From positions 39,146,320 to 39,210,319 of the forward strand of contig NC_068991.1 in NCBI RefSeq assembly GCF_001194135.2: a stretch of DNA of 64,000 nucleotides, written 5' to 3'. Shown in pieces: positions 52,301-62,430 of the stretch. The notes beneath the pieces are model-generated. The model did no database searches. It saw nothing but the letters and a program-made list of their open reading frames with translations, and had not been told where the DNA came from. The stretch comes from Octopus bimaculoides (lineage: Eukaryota). Position 1 is the stretch's first letter. Each line of letters begins with the position of its first letter. A program made the translations under genes and the position numbers.

Positions 52301-55300
52301 GTGTCAGGTTGACCCATGTTTTGTGAATGAAATTAGTTAGATGAAAACTATGTGAAATTTCATTGTATTTACTGTATCTATGGTTCTGGAGACCCAGCCT
52401 GAAAATTACACTAAGGGTCAAAATGCCTGTGGAATACCCAGCTACTTACATTATAACACAAAAAGCAGCTAGTTCCAATCATTGACCAAACAGGCCACTT
52501 GTCGTAGAAACAAAGCAAGATCTTAGCCTTGATTTGATCCCTCAACTCCTGATGGAGTTGAAAGAGCATCATTGTGACATACAACGTGGTTTTGGTTGAG
52601 CCCATATACCTTTGGATTTGACTAACCACAGCACTTTTCATCCAGAGAGACAAAAAAGTAATAAACAAAGAGAGAAAAAGAAGAATTGACTCTCATACTG
52701 GACTCATACTTTATTGACCACTAAAAGGATGAAATGCAAAGTTGACCTCAGTAGGATTTGAACTGAGAGCACAGAGAACCAAAATGAATATCATAAGGCA
52801 TTCTAGTCAGTGTTCTGACAACTCACCAATGAAAGATCCATCATCAGTTGAAGAGGACACCATCAGCTTAACATGAAAGAAAATAAGGTTGTGTACTCTC
52901 ATTGAGCAACTGGAGTTCTACTGAAGACTTCATCTTTATGTCATGTGCTTGTGTTCAATTCAAGATAGGAAACACTGGAAAGTGGTATTTTGTTGCATTC
53001 TCTAAGAAGATTCAAACTAATAACTCCAAATTAACAGAACACTTACTACATAATGTTTCCCACTTTCTAAAGTTCAACAATAAATTATATCCCACACTAT
53101 TTTACCTATTCACAGCCAACTGAACTGACCTAGTCAAAGCTGGTGAAAGTTAACCCTTTATCATTCAGATTAATCTGTCAAAATGTAAGGCTTATTTATT
53201 TATATTGTTTTTCAGTTAACGCTTTAGCATTTAAACTAGACATATTAGACTAAAATTTTATCTGTGTTTTATGTTCAAACTGGCCAGGTCCTGCTTTTCA
53301 CACTTACCCTACAATGTCAGTGTAAAATAAACAATAATATCATTGAGATCTCAAATGCATGCTTAATTCAAAAAATGTGAATAAATAAGCATTACATTTG
53401 GCAGAGAAATCTGAATGCTGAAGTGTTAATCATGCATCATCTAATAGTTTTGAGATTTTAATAATGTGATAGTTTATTTTTACAATGACATTGTAGGATA
53501 AGTGTAAGAGGACAAATCTGGTTAGTTTTCACATAACAGATAGAATATTTCAGCCCCATATGGCCAGTTTAAACACTAAAGGGTTAAGGTATACTTTTCA
53601 TGAATATGTTCTGTGTCAAAAGCAAGATACAAACCATCAACAATTTGGCTGTGGGCCAGCAACCTAAAGCAAATTGTCACCTTTATATTTTACTTGAAAC
53701 ATCAAAAAGTAATAATGATAATAATAAAAGTTTCTAATTTAGGTGCCAGGACAACGTTTGAAGGGAGGAGATCAATCAATATCATTGATCCCTGCACTTG
53801 ACTCATACTTATTTTATTGACCCCAGAGAGATGCAAGGAAAAATTGTTCTCCACAGGATTTGAACTTGGACAAATGTGGCAAGGCATTTTTTCCAGAGCT
53901 CTAACAATAATCACCAGCCTGCTGTTTTACATGAAATTAAAATAATAATAATACAGCATATGACTGATACATATCAATCCTGGATACACAAAATATTATA
54001 AAACATTATATATATTTATATATTTAAAGAGAGAGCGGGGGAAGGAGTAGGAGAAGAAGGAGAGGCAGACGGTCAGACAGACAAACAGAGAGAATAAAAT
54101 ATATGTATATAGAAAAAAAATTCACACAAAAAAATACATACCAAAATTCTCCATCATCATTGAAGACTAGTCCTAATTTTTCCCTCTCATCACTAGGAAT
54201 ACTGTTCCATTCAACAGACCTAAAGAATTTGAAAATAAACACATTGTAATCTGGAAGTCAAAACAAATTATCAAAGGAAAGATGATATAACAATAAATAT
54301 ACGAATGAAAGTAATGATATGTTAAACTAAAAAGCAAAAAAATTAATTAAAGAAAATTAAAATAAGAAAATGTCAAATTTGAATTACCTTTCATTCCACG
54401 GTCCATTCCAGGCAATATGTTCACCCCAAGGGTTTCGAATCCTTATCAGAGTGACTGAGCGATTTCCTTGATCCGAGGGCAGTAAAAGCTGCAATGGAAA
54501 GCAGCGAATATGCATATGCATAACTATTTACAAGAAAGAGACTATATGGTTACATGTATATGCACATATGCAGTAACAAAAAAATATACATCACATATGT
54601 ACAAACTTCTCTACTAGTGAAGGCACATGGCCTAGAGGTAGGGGCTATTGCACTTGCACTCACAAGATTGTGGTTTTGATTCTCAGACCAGGAGGTGTGT
54701 TGAGTTCTTAAGTAAAATGTTTCATTTCATGTTGCTCCTGTTCACTCAGTTGTAAATAGGTAAACTTACAACAGACTGGCATTCCATTCAGGGGTAATAT
54801 TGTCCTGTCCACTAGCCAGCAGGGGACCATCATCTGACGGCTAAAACAATGCAAGGAAGTGCAATGTAATCAATGGTGTATGACAACATCTGATAGTCTG
54901 GTCGATACAGTGATATATAACAGGAGGGTTGTGAGGCTTCTTTAGTCCTATCCATCATTGGTCACTATGAGTAAATGCATCCAGTACACTCTGTATTGTG
55001 GTTAACAACAGAAGAGCATCCAGCAGTTGAATCTAAGCTTAATGACATATATGAGCACCAGTCAATAACAAAAAATGACTCAGACTATTTAACCCATGAT
55101 AGCATCATCATCGTTTAACGTCCGCTTTCCATGCTAGCATGGGTTGGACGATTTGACTGAGGACTGGTAAAACCAGATGGCTACACCAGGCTCCAATCTG
55201 ATTTGGCAGAGTTTCTACAGCTAGATGCCCTTCCTAACACCAACCACTCCGAGAGTGTAGTGGGTGCTTTTACGTGTCACCCGCACGAAGGCCAGTCAGG

Positions 55301-55806
55301 CGGTACTGGCAATGGCCATGCTCAAAATAGTGCAATTTATGTGCCACCCGCACAAGAGCCAGTCCAGGGGCACTGGCAACGATCTTGCTCGAAAATCCCA
55401 CGAAGGCCAGCCAGGCGGCACTGGCAACGGTCACGCTCAAAATGGTGCATTTCATGTGTCATCTGCACAAGAGCCAGTCCAGGGGCACTGGCAACGATCT
55501 CGCTCGAAAAATTTCATGTGTCATGATAACATGGAAAACAGATATCAAACTATGATGATGTTGATGCTAGTGCCATGTAAAAAGCTCCCAGTACACTCTG
55601 TAAAGTAGTTGGCATTAGGAAGGATATCCAGCTATAGAAGCATTGCTAAAACAGACAACAAAACCTGAGTAGCTCGGCCTTGCCAGCTCCTGTCAGATTG
55701 TCCAACCCATGCCAGCATGGAAAACAGATGTATGATGATGATGATGTGTGTGTATGTCCATTCACATAGAAAACTACTAAATAAAATATTAAGTTTCTGA
55801 AATTTA

Positions 55807-55842
<36 letters not shown>

Positions 55843-57047
55843 AAATATTACCTGCCTCAAATCAGTGATGTTATAAATATGACCTGACAACAAACCATTT
55901 GGAAGTTCAAGCTGTTTCTCATCCAGTGACAATGACTGAAAGATCAAAATGAAAAGGGAATAGATAAATTTAAAATGGTGTGAATTTAAGCACAATTGCT
56001 CACACGCACACACACTCCCACTTTAGGTGGCAAATTGCCGGTCATTAGAGTATTAGACAAAATATTTTGTAGTATTTGTTCCAACTCTCTATACTTGGAT
56101 TCGAAATCTACCAAAGTCAACTCAGAGTTTTATCTTTCCGGGTATTGATGGAAAAGTACCAGTCTAAGGCAATGAATTGAAGGAGCTGTAAAAACATCTC
56201 ACTGAATGCCTTATAGTATTTGTTCTGACTGTGCATTCTGAATTCAAATGCTGCCCTGGAATACTTGGATGGTAGACTTAAATTGTCACCTAGCTGATAT
56301 CTTGAGAGGTATTAGCAGAGTGCAAGCAGTCAGGCCAGGTTTTGGCTTGAGGATATCTCCCTCCCTCCCACCAGCCTTTGATGTACTGTAATTGGTCAGA
56401 GGTACCGCCTTCCTCCTGACTAAAAAACAAGAAATTTTTTAAAACGCGAGAATAATATCACAATGGTTGTAAATTTACACAAGATTTCAAATCTAACCAT
56501 TGATGTATATTAACAATGTAAATTACTGCTGTTGCCCCTAAACAAGGTCAGTTACTGAAGCCTGCTCGCCTTGATAACATATCTGAACAGTCAAGATATG
56601 ATTCAGCTGATATCATTTACTTTCAAACTGACTCACACTGCAATCTAGAGTCTAACATACTAACTTGCATCTGTTGTGGAGTGTTAATTTCCTAAGAAAT
56701 AAAGACTACAAACCTTTTAGTCCACATTTCAAAGAATGGTTGAGAGTATAACAGATGCACAGAAACTCATTCAATGGCTCAGACTCAGTTATGAACAAAA
56801 AAAAATCTTGCTTTCATGCTAAGGAGATCTTATAATACTAAATCATATTCATTGCTTTAATCAGTTGGCTCTGAAGACCAGATCCACTTCAATTTGCCTT
56901 GTTAAAGTTATCTCCCTTGTTTGCTGTCCTTCGATTTAAGCAATCGTAGAAGGAATTTTTGTCAACTATTTGTTTGGATAATCTCAGTTGATTTAAGTTT
57001 CTTTTAACCATGTTTTACATGTATGAGCCCCTCTCCACATTAACTAT

Positions 57048-57094
<47 letters not shown>

Positions 57095-58510
57095 NNNNNN
57101 NNNNNNNNNNNNNNNNNNNNNNNNNNNNNNNNNNNNNNNNNNNNNNNNNNNNNNNNNNNNNNNNNNNNNNNNNNNNNNNNNNNNNNNNNNNNNNNNNNNN
57201 NNNNNNNNNNNNNNNNNNNNNNNNNNNNNNNNNNNNNNNNNNNNNNNNNNNNNNNNNNNNNNNNNNNNNNNNNNNNNNNNNNNNNNNNNNNNNNNNNNNN
57301 NNNNNNNNNNNNNNNNNNNNNNNNNNNNNNNNNNNNNNNNNNNNNNNNNNNNNNNNNNNNNNNNNNNNNNNNNNNNNNNNNNNNNNNNNNNNNNNNNNNN
57401 NNNNNNNNNNNNNNNNNNNNNNNNNNNNNNNNNNNNNNNNNNNNNNNNNNNNNNNNNNNNNNNNNNNNNNNNNNNNNNNNNNNNNNNNNNNNNNNNNNNN
57501 NNNNNNNNNNNNNNNNNNNNNNNNNNNNNNNNNNNNNNNNNNNNNNNNNNNNNNNNNNNNNNNNNNNNNNNNNNNNNNNNNNNNNNNNNNNNNNNNNNNN
57601 NNNNNNNNNNNNNNNNNNNNNNNNNNNNNNNNNNNNNNNNNNNNNNNNNNNNNNNNNNNNNNNNNNNNNNNNNNNNNNNNNNNNNNNNNNNNNNNNNNNN
57701 NNNNNNNNNNNNNNNNNNNNNNNNNNNNNNNNNNNNNNNNNNNNNNNNNNNNNNNNNNNNNNNNNNNNNNNNNNNNNNNNNNNNNNNNNNNNNNNNNNNN
57801 NNNNNNNNNNNNNNNNNNNNNNNNNNNNNNCAGCGGACTCGTGGTCATAGGATCGCGGTTTCGATTCCCACACCGGGCGTTGTGAGTGTTTATTGAGCAA
57901 AAACACCAAAAGTTCCACGAAGCTCCGGCAGGGGATGGTGGCGAACCTTGCTGTACTCTTTCACCACAACTTTCTCTCACTCTTACTTCCTGTTTCTGTT
58001 GTGCCTGTTATTCAAAGGGTCAGCCTTGTCACACTGTGTCAGGCTGAATATCCCCGAGAACTACGTTAAGGGTACATGTGTCTGTGGAGTGCTCAGCCAC
58101 TTGCACGTTAACTTCACGAGCAGGCTGTTCCACTGATCGGAACCCTCAACGTTGTAAGCGACGGAGTGCCAAATTCCAAGTAAGTTGATTTTGCCTTTCA
58201 TCCTTACCAACTCCAGCCAAACCGTCCAACCCAAGCCAGCATGGAAAACATATTAAATGATGATGATGATGATGATGGCAATGATGATGATCCCTTCTTG
58301 GGAAATATAATTTTGTCATATGTACTTACGTTTATGCCACAAGCCACAATCGAATATCTATCGAGAGCTTTAAAGAGAATATTAATGATGTTTTCTGGAA
58401 CATTTGCATTGGCTCCATGAAGCTTGTAGCTTTCTATCAGTCCACCAGTTAAATCAGCAAGGACATCTTCAAAAACATTCACTTTGAGAGCTTCATAGGA
58501 TCCGTACATT
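30033..58510 (-). CDS. CAPN: Classical calpain (Ca2+-dependent cysteine protease; CysPc, C2L, penta-EF), 15 coding exons, 5'-incomplete
   Basis: Exons joined by hand with canonical GT-AG and consistent phases (total 1540 nt = 1 + 513 codons including TGA). Motifs: [19 protein letters not shown] (catalytic His), IRIRNPWG (catalytic Asn), [30 protein letters not shown], and EF-hand loops [12 protein letters not shown] and [13 protein letters not shown]-terminus WLEKVLL*. Orthology within the family is not assigned. Confidence 0.95.
35223..35275 (-). CDS. CAPN: Calpain PEF exon (EF5): [17 protein letters not shown]
   Basis: tctttctttcag| acceptor, AAA|GTAAGT donor, 53 nt, phase 1-0. Confidence 0.8.
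35621..35704. repeat. (GA)n microsatellite
   Basis: Direct reading. Confidence 0.95.
35900..36362 (+). repeat. SINE-like family D with internal GC-rich minisatellite and (GAT)n tail. Other copies: 55100-55520(-), 36790-37118(+), 37610-38000, 21250-21462, 49860-50120(-), 55560-55745(+), 59370-59640(-), 62445-62575(+)
   Basis: Shared GCACCCA.TACACTCT..AGTGGTTGGC.TTAGGAAGGGCATCCAGC..CCATGC.AGCATGGAAAG..GACGTTAAATGATGATG. Confidence 0.75.
37189..37305 (-). CDS. CAPN: Calpain PEF exon (EF4): [39 protein letters not shown]
   Basis: gacag| acceptor, A|GTAAGT donor, 117 nt, phase 1-1. Confidence 0.88.
39030..39720 (-). mobile_element. CR1/L2-clade LINE 3' fragment
   Basis: Minus strand gives [22 protein letters not shown] and [10 protein letters not shown]...EAWNKL...SFK (ORF 39149..39394). 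Confidence 0.75.
39860..39938 (-). CDS. CAPN: Calpain PEF exon (EF3): [26 protein letters not shown]
   Basis: taccag| acceptor, G|GTAAGT donor, 79 nt; canonical EF loop. Confidence 0.93.
41023..41091 (-). CDS. CAPN: Calpain PEF exon (EF2): [23 protein letters not shown]
   Basis: Preceded by U12 branch site TCCTTAAC and tctttttctcag|; CGG|GTAAAT donor; 69 nt, phase 0-0. Confidence 0.92.
41150..42445 (+). mobile_element. RTE-clade LINE, 5'-truncated and decayed, antisense inside the calpain U12 intron
   Basis: Plus-strand translation gives [34 protein letters not shown] (RT) and the C-terminal [16 protein letters not shown] motif. Confidence 0.88.
43560..43810 (-). mobile_element. RTE-like LINE 3'-end fragment (same family as 20900-21058)
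   Basis: Reverse complement gives VQERRLCWF...[26 protein letters not shown]. Confidence 0.6.
44054..44112 (-). CDS. CAPN: Calpain PEF exon: [19 protein letters not shown]
   Basis: tttcag| acceptor, GAT|GTATCCTTT (U12-type) donor, 59 nt. Confidence 0.88.
44647..44704 (-). CDS. CAPN: Calpain PEF exon (EF1): [19 protein letters not shown]
   Basis: ttacag| acceptor, G|GTTAGT donor, 58 nt; DMEI..EL..IL motif. Confidence 0.9.
44874..46116 (-). mobile_element. Full-length mariner (D,D34D) DNA transposon, transposase frameshifted
   Basis: About 33-bp TIRs (TCAGGCTGAATAAAAAGTAAGCAACATTTTGAA and reverse-complement TCAGGTTGAGTAAAAAGTAAACAATGTTTTGAA), TA flanks, 1243 bp. Motifs [19 protein letters not shown] and [10 protein letters not shown] are split over three ORFs. 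Confidence 0.93.
46148..46592 (+). repeat. Composite SINE: head B, microsatellite, alternative tail G. Other copies: 17441-17840, 51795-52200
   Basis: Same head B followed by ATAGTTGTAAA..GCAGTGTC..CATGGGGAAAT..CATGGAAAA..(GAT)n. Confidence 0.7.
47127..47232 (-). CDS. CAPN: Calpain linker/PEF exon: [35 protein letters not shown]
   Basis: aattag| acceptor, GAG|GTATGA donor, 106 nt; phase fits both neighbours. Confidence 0.85.
48982..49193 (-). CDS. CAPN: Calpain C2L exon: [14 protein letters not shown]...[12 protein letters not shown]...EKANIVE
   Basis: ttgccag| acceptor, GA|GTAAGT donor, 212 nt. Confidence 0.92.
50800..50960 (-). CDS. CAPN: Calpain C2L exon: [20 protein letters not shown]...IGFVIYK
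   Basis: ttttgcag| acceptor, AAG|GTTTGT donor, 161 nt; NPQY motif and acidic loop. Confidence 0.93.
51317..51474 (-). CDS. CAPN: Calpain exon (end of CysPc, start of C2L): [21 protein letters not shown]...SAGGRPSCS
   Basis: ttcag| acceptor, A|GTAAGT donor, 158 nt. Confidence 0.92.
54142..54219 (-). CDS. CAPN: Calpain exon: [26 protein letters not shown]
   Basis: tttag| acceptor, TG|GTATGT donor, 78 nt; DDGEFW motif. Confidence 0.93.
54388..54488 (-). CDS. CAPN: Calpain exon with catalytic Asn: [34 protein letters not shown]
   Basis: ttgcag| acceptor, AAG|GTAATT donor, 101 nt; RNPWG motif. Confidence 0.93.
55852..55935 (-). CDS. CAPN: Calpain exon with catalytic His: [28 protein letters not shown]
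   Basis: tttcag| acceptor, CAG|GTAATA donor, 84 nt, phase 0-0; equivalent to the calpain GLVKGHAYS motif. Confidence 0.9.
57095..57830. other. Assembly gap (N run). Other gaps: 684-860, 11558-11881
   Basis: N characters; two of the three gaps begin at (TA)n tracts. Confidence 1.
57831..58170 (+). repeat. SINE family E, CpG-rich (probably young) copy. Older copies: 14205-14480, 14830-14975
   Basis: B-box-like GTTTCGATTCCC head and shared GGG(T/C)CAGCCTTGTCACA..GAGAACTACGTTAA..TGTCTGTGGAGT.CTCAGCCACTTGCAC.TTAA block. Confidence 0.65.
58330..58510 (-). CDS. CAPN: Calpain exon (CysPc): [23 protein letters not shown]...SIVACGIN
   Basis: taaag| acceptor, AAC|GTAAGT donor, 181 nt; matches ORF 58204..58509. 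Confidence 0.92.
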
Positions 58511-60666
58511 CTTTAGTGAAATCAAATTTTCAAAAAATAGCGGAAAGAAACAAAATAGGGGAAAAAAGAAAAGAAAAAAAAACTAAATAATAAATTTACA
58601 AAAAGGAAGGTAATAAAACAAAAGATAAGGAAAATAAATTATATTTTCTTCGATAATTGCTAAAAACTGAAGAACCAAGTGGTGGTTTCGGTTAACGAGA
58701 ATCATTAAAACAATCAACATATTAGAAACATTTTTTGGATATTTTGGGTTACAGCCCTTCACAGTGAAGAAATTGCTTTCCTTTTTTATTTTGGCACAGG
58801 CTTTTGTTTGCAGGGTTTAGAGATGGAAAGGGATATGCCAATGAAGTTTGCAAGGTTCCTGAAACTGTTGGTACAAAAGAACAAGAAGCTATGACTAATC
58901 AGGTACAGCCTATGCCACAAGCTTCCACCCACACAATTTCAGCCACAAGTTTTTTTTAGTTAACTCAAGGTCATAGGAGAAAACAGTTGCCCTAGGGAAC
59001 AAACAATAAGGTCAAATATAGAACAAGATTGTGAAGACAACTTCTTAACTCCACAGCAATGCAGGTACCCACAGTGACAAATTTGGTGAGGAGGAATTAT
59101 GGTCAACTGAATCTTCCCCTGATTATTGGCGATATTTGTTTTATAAATTGTGGAGCTAACTTCTTAGTTTAAAACCCAGAGGGAAGAAAAATCCAAGTTA
59201 AACACAGCAGGGTATGAACTTAGATTATAGGATTTTTAGTTTTATTGATAACATGATAACTTCTCTAATGACAGAGCTATGATAAAATACACTCAGTACA
59301 CTCTGTAAAGTGAATGGTGACAGGAAGAGTATCAAGCTGTAGAAACCAGGTTGAAAGTCATCATTGTCATCATCGTAATCATTTAATGTCTGTCTTCCAT
59401 GCTGGCATGGGTTGGATAGTTTGACAGGAGCCAGCCAGGCTACTGTGTCTGTTTTGGGCATGGTTTTTACAACTGGATGCCCTTAATAACACCAATCACT
59501 TTGTAGTGTGAATTGAGTGCTTTTTACATGACACCAGCACAGGCAAGGTCAGTTTTGGCATGGTTTTTACAGCTGGATGCCCTTCCAAATACCAACCCCT
59601 TCGCAATGTGGACTGGATGCTCTTTACGTGGCACTAGCACAGCAAGGTCACCAAGTAACTTGCAAGACAAGGAATTTTGAGAGGGGAGGGTACATTAGAA
59701 GTGATGAAAGGTTAGAGTGTGACAAAGAGAAAGAGAGGCAGAAACAGGTGTCTTGCTATAGAGGAGGTACATGGTTACCTGGCAGAGAGAGAGAGGGAGA
59801 GGAAGAGAAAGGGATGTATAAGTAAGACTCAGTCCTGACCTGTCTAGAAGGGCAGTAACTGTGAACAAGGACTTGGATCATGACAACTTGGTCAACCCAT
59901 ACCATCAGAGAAAGTGAAAGTAAAATGATGATGGTTGATAAGGTACATAACCATTTCTGTAACTCCAACTGTTAGAAATAGCAGCTAAATCTCAGTCAAA
60001 TCGTACTCCTACTTTAGAAATGGAGAATGTAGTATTAAATATACTACAATAAAAAGGATGGGATTGTCATGGCAGGCACAACAATCATTAGTCTGCTCAA
60101 TCAGGATTGATTTGGGTTTTAATCAAAACTAAATAACAGAAAATGAATGTAAACCTTAACAGGGAGTTAAAAATAAGGATCAAAAAAGAAAAAGAAAATG
60201 AAGGGAATGGAGACATAAAAAGGGGCCTATGCTTGTTGAATATTAACAAGGAGAAAGGGAGGAGGAAAGAGAAAAGGAGAGAGAGGGAGAGTAAAGAAAA
60301 TCCTACAGGCAGAAGGTAGACAGAGGAGGAGTGAGAAGAAAAAGAGACAAAGAAATATAAGAAATAAAAAGGAAATTTGAAGAGTAAAAGAATAAAAACA
60401 GAAAAGCAACAAACAGGAAAGGGAATCAAATGAACAAAAATGAATCACTCTTTCTCTCTCTCTCACACACACACACGCATCATTTTGACAAGAAAGAAGC
60501 TAACAGCTCTTCTAAAGATTCAGCTTATGTAGCCTTCATCAGACAGTCCAATGTAAAAATGAAATAAATATCTTTACTGAAAGATATTGAGTGATCCTTC
60601 AATTTAATGTTTGTTTTTATATATAGGTTTACATAAAATCAAATGCTAAGATATATATAAATATAT

Positions 60667-61045
60667 AGGCGCAGGAGTGACTGTGTGGTAAGTAGCTTGC
60701 TTACCAACCACATGGTCTCATGTTCAGTACCACTGCAATGCACTTTGGGCAAGTGTTTTCTACTATAGCCTCGGGCCAACCAAAGCATTGTGAGTGTATT
60801 TGGTAGACAGAAACTGGAAGAAGCCTGTTGTATATGTATATATATGTGTGTGTATGTGTTTGTCCCCTCAACATCACTTGACAACCGATGCTGGTGTGTT
60901 TATGTCCCTGTAACTTAGCGGTTCAACAAAAAGAGACCGATAGAATAAGTACTAGGCTTACAAAGAATAAGCTCTGGGGTCGATTTGCTCGACTAAAGGC
61001 GGTACTCCAGCATGGCTGCAGTTAAATGACTGAAACATGTAAATG
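60667..61045 (+). repeat. Composite SINE: head B, (TA/TG)n, tail C. Other copies: 21705-22020(+), 22340-22740(-), 33490-33890(-). Head only: 11400-11557, 33275-33440
   Basis: Head GGCTGTGTGGTAAG..GCTTCCCAACCACATGGTT..GGTTCAGTCCCAC..GGCAAGTGTCTTCTACTATAG; tail GACAACCGATG..AACTTAGCGGTTC..GATAGAATAAGTAC..AAATGACTGAAACA. Confidence 0.8.
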
Positions 61046-62358
61046 AATATATATATATACACACAAGGTGAGTTGGAAGAATTGTTAGCATGCTGGACAA
61101 AGTGTTTAGTGGCGTTTTGTCTATCTTTATATCCTGAGCTCAAATTCCAATGAGGTTAACTTTGACCTTCATCCTTTCAAGGTCAATGTAATCGACTAGC
61201 CCCCTTCACCAAAATTTCAGGCCTCGCACCTATATTAAAAAGGAATATATGTGTATCATTTAATATATGTAATTACAAAAGAGCTTCTAATAGTTTCATG
61301 CTTTTAGGATATATTAAGTCAACAGATTTATATAATGTACCATGTATCTCCAAGTGTTCTGGTTTTTAAATACATCTAACATGAACTGAGCCTGAAAGAT
61401 TGCTTGGAGATACAATACACAGGGGTGGACCCAAGGTGGGGCCTGAGGGGTATGTTCCCCCTCTCAAGAAAAGAAGTGCACCTTCTAAATAATGATATTA
61501 CGCCCTTTTCCCCTGGAATTGTATTCCCTTTTGACCTTGTGCCCTCCCTTTGAAAAATTCCTGGGACCACGCCTGATGCATGTTATATAATCTGCCAATT
61601 TAATGTATCTTAAAAGCATGAAACTACTAGTAGCTTTTTGCAATTGTGTGGATTAAATGATATTTATCTCTCACTGGACTGTAAAATAAATGAATTTACC
61701 ACAACCAACTCATTGAATTATTATGTATCTGCTTATTGAATTGTAACTGGTTCAGTATTCTACAAACACACACCTTTGACCCTTTAGCATTCAAACTGGC
61801 CATATCTGGCCCAAATATTCCACCTATTTTATGTTCAAACCAACCAGATCAAGCCTCTCACACCTACCCTACAATGTCATTGTGAAAATAAACAATCACA
61901 TCATGGAAATCTCAACACTACAAGATAATGCAGGATTAATTCAAAACAATGTGAATAAATAAGCTTTACATTTGGGAGAATAATCTGACTGCTAAAGGGT
62001 TAATGTAATCCCCAAATAGAATCACATTGCATAGCATGTGACAAGGTTAAGCCTTTCAGAATTACAGGTAAAATCCATCTGACTGGCTTCTACCCACTCA
62101 ACTTCAGACAGGTTTATATAACACGTTATGTATCTCCAAGTGTTCTGGTTTTTAAATACATCTAACATGAACTGAGCCTGAAAGATTGCACAGGGGCAGA
62201 CCCAAGGTGGGGCCTGAGGGGTATGTGCATACACATTTGTCCAAGGTGATGGATTGGCAGAATAGCACAGCATTGGGTATGATACCTAGTGGTATCTACT
62301 TTGGAACTTAGAGTTTAACTCTTTAGTATTCAGATTATTTTGTCAAATGTAATGATTA

Positions 62359-62430
62359 TTTATTGTGGTCTAGTGGTTAGGATTCCTGGCTTTCACCCAG
62401 GTGGCCCGGGTTCAATTCCCAGCATGGGAA
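62359..62430 (+). tRNA. tRNA-Glu(TTC)-like copy, probably a pseudogene
   Basis: GGTCTAGTGGTTAGGATT D-arm, CCTGG-CTTTCAC-CCAGG anticodon arm (TTC at 62392-62394), CCGGG-TTCAATT-CCCAG T-arm with one mismatch, and 3' CATGGGAA. The 5' acceptor strand reads TTTATTG instead of the complementary TCCCATG. Confidence 0.8.

Noticed and set aside
55260-55510. Repeat-spacer-like pattern resembling a CRISPR array
   Set aside because: The units are degenerate, the spacers are themselves repeated, it lies inside a eukaryotic SINE, and there are no cas genes.
57010-57980. Long ORFs of 291-321 aa (also 546-926 and 11468-11938)
   Set aside because: Artefacts of N runs.
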